DNA of 64,000 nt from Sedimentisphaeraceae bacterium JB056 (GTDB taxonomy: Bacteria; Planctomycetota; Phycisphaerae; Sedimentisphaerales; Sedimentisphaeraceae): NCBI GenBank assembly GCA_044440125.1, contig JBITAJ010000003.1, positions 64,001 to 128,000 of the forward strand, given 5' to 3'. Made by a program: the position numbers and the translations under genes. Shown piece after piece: positions 59,097 through 64,000 of this stretch. Every line of letters starts with the position of its first letter. Position 1 is the first letter of the stretch. Below the pieces are notes generated by a model. That model was given only the letters and a program-made list of their open reading frames with translations. It was not told where the DNA came from and made no database searches.

Positions 59097-60623
59097 TTAT
59101 TTATTGCTTAATAACCAATTAGCGGCTATCTCAACAAAATCTACAAGATCAACAATACCATCATCATTAAAATCGCCCGGAATCGTACTGATAGAAGGTA
59201 TACTCATAGAATCATATTCTTTACTTGCTAATCCGGCGATCTGGTCTGCATTGAGTACTGTTTGCCAGATAGTGAATTCATCAATCATTCCATTGAAGTG
59301 GTTCGATCCACCTGCCCTGTTTGCCAAACCAAACCTAAATACATAAGGTGCGTAATTAGCGGCAACAGAATTGATAAATACACCATCAACATAGCCAGAT
59401 AGGGTACCTGTATAATTACCATCAACGGCATCACCATCAGCTTCAAAAACCAAAACCACATGTGCCCACTGCCCAACGGTAGCGGTTACTCCAGTATTCA
59501 AACTTGCATTTGAACTTCCATAGGTACCCATACGATATGTACCGCCATCAACATAAATAACAAATCCACCTGTAATGCCTGAAGGCATTGTTATTACTGA
59601 GAAGCCATCAACAACAGACGGGTTAACCCATGCAGCAGCGGTAAATGAACCATCAGGATATATAGGTGGATTTGAATCTGAATACTTAAGATCAAATCCC
59701 TGATCGACACCGTTAAATACAGCCGCTCCACCAACAGCACCATTATCTGTATGAGAAGGCAAGCTGGCGTAATTATTCTGAAGATTGTTTTCATTGCCCG
59801 AACTGTCTAACTGCAGACCGTAAGTCGGCTCATTAGGATCGTCAAAGCTGTAGTAAGCTACCGGTACAAGGCTTGGATCAGGAGCAGTGTAACCTAATAC
59901 ATCAAGAATTGTTGTGCTTAGAGTTGCCAATCCCGTAATTTGCTCTGTTGTGAGGTTGCCGCCAAAAATAGCGACTTCATCCAATGTACCTGCAAAATGA
60001 CTTAATCCGCCGGCTCTATTTCCAAGACCAAATCTAAATATGTCAGGTTTGTAATTAGCTGCAGCGGAATTTGCATATACTCCATTAATGTAGCAAGTCA
60101 AGGTTCCTGTGTATTCACCCGCTACCGCATCACCATCGGCCTCAAACTGCATAACTAAATGAGCCCACTGACCAACTGTCGCAGTTACGCCTGTATTAAA
60201 ACTTGTAATAGAACTGCCATAAGAAGCTACTCTATAGGTACCGGCATCAATATAGACACAAAAACCACCTGCTGTTGAGGAAGGCATAGATATTGCAGAA
60301 AAACCATCTGCATTAGAAGGCTTTATCCACATAGATACTGCGTATGAACCATCAGGATAGATCAAAGGATTTGAATCTGAAGTCTTTAGATCAAAACCAT
60401 CATCAACACCATTAAAAACAGCTGCACCACCAGCCATACCCGAAGCAGTGTAGTCAGGCAACTCAGCATACCCGTTCTGCAAATCATTACCATTTCCAGA
60501 GTCATCCGCATTCAATAGTGTAGAACTGTCAAAACTGTAGTACGCCACAAGTTCAGTTGCTGAAACTTGTGAAATAAATGCTGCAATGACTAAAGTAACT
60601 AATAAAACTTTAATCGCTCTCAT
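59097..60623 (-). CDS. Secreted tandem two-LamG protein with half-dockerin tail
   Basis: ATG 60623 with AAGGA RBS; two similar LamG units; GDFNDDGIVDLVDF..NWL. Confidence 0.8.
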   Translation of the reverse strand: MRAIKVLLVTLVIAAFISQVSATELVAYYSFDSSTLLNADDSGNGNDLQNGYAELPDYTASGMAGGAAVFNGVDDGFDLKTSDSNPLIYPDGSYAVSMWIKPSNADGFSAISMPSSTAGGFCVYIDAGTYRVASYGSSITSFNTGVTATVGQWAHLVMQFEADGDAVAGEYTGTLTCYINGVYANSAAANYKPDIFRFGLGNRAGGLSHFAGTLDEVAIFGGNLTTEQITGLATLSTTILDVLGYTAPDPSLVPVAYYSFDDPNEPTYGLQLDSSGNENNLQNNYASLPSHTDNGAVGGAAVFNGVDQGFDLKYSDSNPPIYPDGSFTAAAWVNPSVVDGFSVITMPSGITGGFVIYVDGGTYRMGTYGSSNASLNTGVTATVGQWAHVVLVFEADGDAVDGNYTGTLSGYVDGVFINSVAANYAPYVFRFGLANRAGGSNHFNGMIDEFTIWQTVLNADQIAGLASKEYDSMSIPSISTIPGDFNDDGIVDLVDFVEIAANWLLSNK

Positions 60624-60684
60624 TTGCTTTCCTTCCAATACATAAAACCAATAATAAAAACAGTAAATTAATACAATTATCCGA

Positions 60685-61767
60685 TTACATACTTCTTATA
60701 ATTTCAGGTTCAAGTTTAAGAACCACTCTTCTTGCGTTAGGATTATCAATCCTCCACATTAAATGCCTAATTGCTAAACGTCCGATTTCCTCGGTACACA
60801 AATCTATTTCGACCGGCCTTGGACTGATACCTGCGGCAATCTCGGTTTCACTGCAGGTTATAATCTGAACATCCTTACCGATATCTAAACCTTTAGCTGC
60901 TAAGAAATTATGCACAACGCTCGTCAACATTTCCGAGGCAAGGAAAATAATCAAAGGCAACTGTGAATTATCAACAATATCATCGACCCATCTCTTGACA
61001 AGATCATAATCAAGATGCTGTTCAAACTCTCCCAATATCAAAGCATCATAGCCTTCAATACTCGTTGCGGTATATCCATTCGATTTAATATATCCATTAA
61101 AGACATTATACCTCTCTGATCCTACAATTGGATCAACATTTATATTTGCGTAACTATTGAATCCAGCTTCAATCGCATATTTTGCGGCTATAGTACCGAT
61201 AGAAATATTATTGTAAGTGAAATGATCTCCCCATCTTTTATCCGGCCCCATAACCCATACTGCAGGTTTGCGACCGACGAATTGCTTCAAATTAGGAGTT
61301 CTGTCGTCACCAAGCATCAGAAAACCATCGGAATTGCTGCATATATCATTTTCCTCTATCTCTGCCGAATCCCGTAAAAATGACATAAAAAAGTTGCATC
61401 CTGCAATGTCAGCCTCTTTTTCCATGCCATATATTAAACGGCTGTAAGCTGAAGAAGACGCAATATGACGCTTAATACCGCAAAACAATAGAGAAAGAGT
61501 CAAGCCCTCTTTAGTTATCTCATCAGAATAATCAAATGAACTGTTTACATACACACCAGCTCCACGTCGACTATATAATAAGCCCTGCTTGCAAAGTATG
61601 TCAATTGCCTTACGAATAGTGATATATGAAGTGTCATATTTAACTGCAAGCTCACGTAATGGCTGCAAACGAGCTCCTTTTTCAAGCTTAAGCTCTTTAA
61701 TATCTAATTCAATCTTTTTTGCTACCGCCTCTATAGATAAGCCTTTATTTTCAGCAACTATCGCCAT
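60685..61767 (-). CDS. GntR-HTH / periplasmic-binding-fold regulator
   Basis: RELA..SYITIRKA..GAGVYV wHTH and a LacI-like C-terminal domain. Confidence 0.85.
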   Translation of the reverse strand: MAIVAENKGLSIEAVAKKIELDIKELKLEKGARLQPLRELAVKYDTSYITIRKAIDILCKQGLLYSRRGAGVYVNSSFDYSDEITKEGLTLSLLFCGIKRHIASSSAYSRLIYGMEKEADIAGCNFFMSFLRDSAEIEENDICSNSDGFLMLGDDRTPNLKQFVGRKPAVWVMGPDKRWGDHFTYNNISIGTIAAKYAIEAGFNSYANINVDPIVGSERYNVFNGYIKSNGYTATSIEGYDALILGEFEQHLDYDLVKRWVDDIVDNSQLPLIIFLASEMLTSVVHNFLAAKGLDIGKDVQIITCSETEIAAGISPRPVEIDLCTEEIGRLAIRHLMWRIDNPNARRVVLKLEPEIIRSM

Positions 61768-61830
61768 TTAAGCACTCTCAATTCTATTTACTTATTACTA
61801 ATAAGATTCAATCCGAACTAATCACCAACT

Positions 61831-61859
61831 AATTTAACTTAATACACAAAACTCCGCAA
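61831..61859 (-). promoter_or_regulatory. Possible promoter of the 61767 operon
   Basis: TTGCGG-N17-TAAATT. Confidence 0.35.
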
Positions 61860-61961
61860 CTTTTTTATATCTTTTTAATATTAGACTGGCGCACTTAACT
61901 TTCATGCTTAAAAACCACTTAATTAAGTATTCGTACTAAACAGGTAGCTGCAAAACATAAC

Positions 61962-61997
61962 AAAAGAGCCTTATAAGCGATTAGCTTACAAGGCTCT
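61962..61997 (-). terminator. Intrinsic terminator
   Basis: Minus strand AGAGCCTTGTAAGC-TAATC-GCTTATAAGGCTCT-TTTG. Confidence 0.65.
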
Positions 61998-62154
61998 AAA
62001 AAAGCAAAACCAAAGAACTATAGTAAATATACTAAGATTAAAAACTTAGATTAATATCTTTCTATCTCATTAAACCCAAGTAGAAGGATAAAAACATACA
62101 AATTCACCAATATCCCTATTCTGACAATGCCAGTTAGATACATTTTATAAAAAT

Positions 62155-62459
62155 CTACAGAGGGTCTTGCCCTGACAAACAAGTCTCAACTGCCTGCCGT
62201 TCGGTGTCATTTAAAGCCCTGTTGTATATAATAACCCTTGCGATTTTGCCATCAAACCCACTGCTTCCGGTGACAAGTGCTCCGATAGCCGTCTTTTGAT
62301 GATAAAATGGCTGCGAAGTAACACCATTAACGCTGTTAATCAAAGAACTATCAATATATTCTTTAATATTCTCACCACTGCGAACCGCTGAAAGCAAAAC
62401 CCAATCAGTACTCACCGTTCCACCTGAAGCACTGCGGATAATGCTCGTTAAAAAGCAAT
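62155..62459 (-). pseudogene. Remnant of the C-terminal half of a LamG domain
   Basis: GFDGKIARVIIYNRALNDTERQAVE is a typical LamG end; no signal peptide or N-terminal half; the frame abuts the stop of the upstream gene. Confidence 0.6.
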
Positions 62460-63386
62460 TCAGCTGAAAAACTCAGGTATTTTGTTTATTGCTGAAACTC
62501 TCAGCTCCTCTATGCAATCTTCCTTTATACCTTTATAGGGCCAGCGAAGCCTTGGGGTAATCCTGCACCAGCCGCCAACAGATGCCAGCAGCTTATCAAC
62601 GGCCATATTTGAATATCCCTGTTTCAGGAACGGAACTATATTTTCATCCATAAACTCACAGATTCTTCCCTGAAGCTCAATCGCCGAATCAATGTCAGTT
62701 TTCATCTGCTGATACCATTTCTGCGCTACGCCGGGATGAATACAGGCGACATTAGAATAAGCCCCGTGTGAACCACTCTGAATACCTGTGGCCAAATGAT
62801 GGCCAGGGACAAAAACAGACAAACCTGCTGCAAATTCTCTCATCTGCCTATACCAATTCTCATCACCATCACAAACCTTTACGCCAACAAGCGAAGGAAC
62901 TGTATCCTTGAGAATTCCTATCTGTTGAGGTGTAAGCACTCTCTTAGCATGAGGCGGATTATACAAAACAATCCCAACAGGTGCGATTGCATCTGCAATT
63001 CGCGACAGAAATTCTACGTCCTCCTCAATAGTCGGAACAAACCAATCCGGCAAAATTACCTGTATCGCACTTGGCCGCAACTTGGAGGCTCTTTTTGCAC
63101 GTTCCAAAGAGATAGCCGGACTCATCTGACTTGCCCCCAATTGATACGGCATAGAGGCTTTTTCACAACGCTGGGCGAGAATTACGCTTACTTTATCAAA
63201 CTCTTCTTCCGTCTGGTTATAAAACTCACCTGCACTGCCATTGGAATAGATGCCGTCAACACCACAGGCAATGATTTGGTCTATTTCCTCGGTTAAGAGT
63301 ACGTAATCAATACTGTCATCAGAATTAAGCGGTAAAAGGAGCGTTGCCCAATTGCCAAATATCTCACTGCTATTTAACGGATTCAA
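62460..63386 (-). CDS. DapA/NanA-family aldolase or dehydratase
   Basis: GSAGEF, LYNPP and Schiff-base GVK motifs; start overlaps the SSS stop, with an AGGAG RBS. Confidence 0.85.
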   Translation of the reverse strand: MNPLNSSEIFGNWATLLLPLNSDDSIDYVLLTEEIDQIIACGVDGIYSNGSAGEFYNQTEEEFDKVSVILAQRCEKASMPYQLGASQMSPAISLERAKRASKLRPSAIQVILPDWFVPTIEEDVEFLSRIADAIAPVGIVLYNPPHAKRVLTPQQIGILKDTVPSLVGVKVCDGDENWYRQMREFAAGLSVFVPGHHLATGIQSGSHGAYSNVACIHPGVAQKWYQQMKTDIDSAIELQGRICEFMDENIVPFLKQGYSNMAVDKLLASVGGWCRITPRLRWPYKGIKEDCIEELRVSAINKIPEFFS

Positions 63387-63999
63387 CTTTATCTCCTAAA
63401 TTTACAGAAAAAGATGGAAGAAAACTTGCAATATATCCTACAGTAACACATGACAATATACCAACAGGAGCATACAGCATGAAAGATATGCCGGTTTGAT
63501 TTTTAACGTATAACAACGCCAAGACACCAGCCAAAGCACCAACAACAGCCGATGCACCATTTACCCGCTTTGTAAACATTCCTAACAAAAACAATCCGCA
63601 CATCGGGCTGCCGAAAAGCCCTATTATAGCAATAAAAGACTCCCACAACGATTTGATATCGGCTTCAACAAAAGCTAAAGCAAGCAATGTACCTATAAGG
63701 CCGAAGACAAAGGTTAGAAATTTAGCAACGACAAGCTGCATATTTTGCGTTTTGGTGATATTAAACCGCTTGAGCATATCAGTGACCAAGACAGTTGAAA
63801 TACTGTTCATACTGGTTGAAACAGTTGACTGGGCCGCTGCAAAAACACCGGCAACTACAAGGCCCGCAATACCAAAGGGTAATTTTTGTGATATGAACAT
63901 AGGAAAGATTGCGTCCGTTTGATACTGAGGGTTCAGATCAGCAGGAGCAGATTTGTAATATACGTATAAAGCAGTACCTAAAGAGAAGAACAGGAACGT
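63370..63999 (-). CDS. Sodium:solute symporter, C-terminal part (5' end outside the window)
   Basis: DAIFPMFI..LP.GIAGL..AAAQST.S..NS and GLFLLGMFTKR; resembles the SSS domain of 4406-6799. Confidence 0.85.
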   Translation of the reverse strand, partial: TFLFFSLGTALYVYYKSAPADLNPQYQTDAIFPMFISQKLPFGIAGLVVAGVFAAAQSTVSTSMNSISTVLVTDMLKRFNITKTQNMQLVVAKFLTFVFGLIGTLLALAFVEADIKSLWESFIAIIGLFGSPMCGLFLLGMFTKRVNGASAVVGALAGVLALLYVKNQTGISFMLYAPVGILSCVTVGYIASFLPSFSVNLGDKVESVK

Positions 64000-64000
64000 T

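Noticed and set aside
62460..63386. dapA or nanA gene symbol
   Set aside because: Only family-level motifs are visible; the context suggests sugar-acid catabolism but the substrate cannot be assigned
1..64000. CRISPR array, IS or transposase, prophage, tRNA or rRNA
   Set aside because: No spaced direct-repeat array, transposase, integrase or phage motifs, or structural RNA signatures seen

Overview
A 64-kb carbohydrate-utilisation region with about 36 genes, mostly on the minus strand. I saw no rRNA, tRNA, CRISPR array or mobile element. The gene set points to a planctomycete, probably Phycisphaerae/Sedimentisphaerales (inference): three prepilin-type H-X9-DG (DUF1559-like) proteins, LamG proteins with dockerin-like or PEP-CTERM tails, Tat sulfatases and SSS transporters. 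The window holds several PUL-like blocks. (1) 1-15194 (-): two DNRLRE/CBM96-containing heparinase II/III paralogs, a sulfatase, an FAD oxidoreductase, a Kelch-SSS fusion and an uncharacterised lyase-like protein. (2) 15819-18314 (+): DeoR, a dockerin-tail protein and a prepilin. (3) 18404-26874 (-): GH38, a distant GH67-like protein, SSS and a BNR-NodB fusion, divergent from a GntR/LacI regulator. (4) 28364-46580: a prepilin, a family of LamG surface proteins and three GH42-like enzymes. (5) 46726-61767 (-): GntR/LacI, LamG-dockerin proteins, a prepilin, BNR-4 propellers, a sulfatase, a PL12-SGNH fusion and an oxidoreductase. (6) 62155-64000 (-): SSS, a DapA-family aldolase and a LamG remnant. 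The main observations are a recurring prepilin plus dockerin-tail cassette where SusC/SusD genes would be expected, two locus-private LamG subfamilies, a 193-bp 95%-identical inverted gene-conversion tract, a signal peptide shared by two unrelated adjacent genes, and several candidate operators. All product calls come from recognising motifs by eye; no database search was run.
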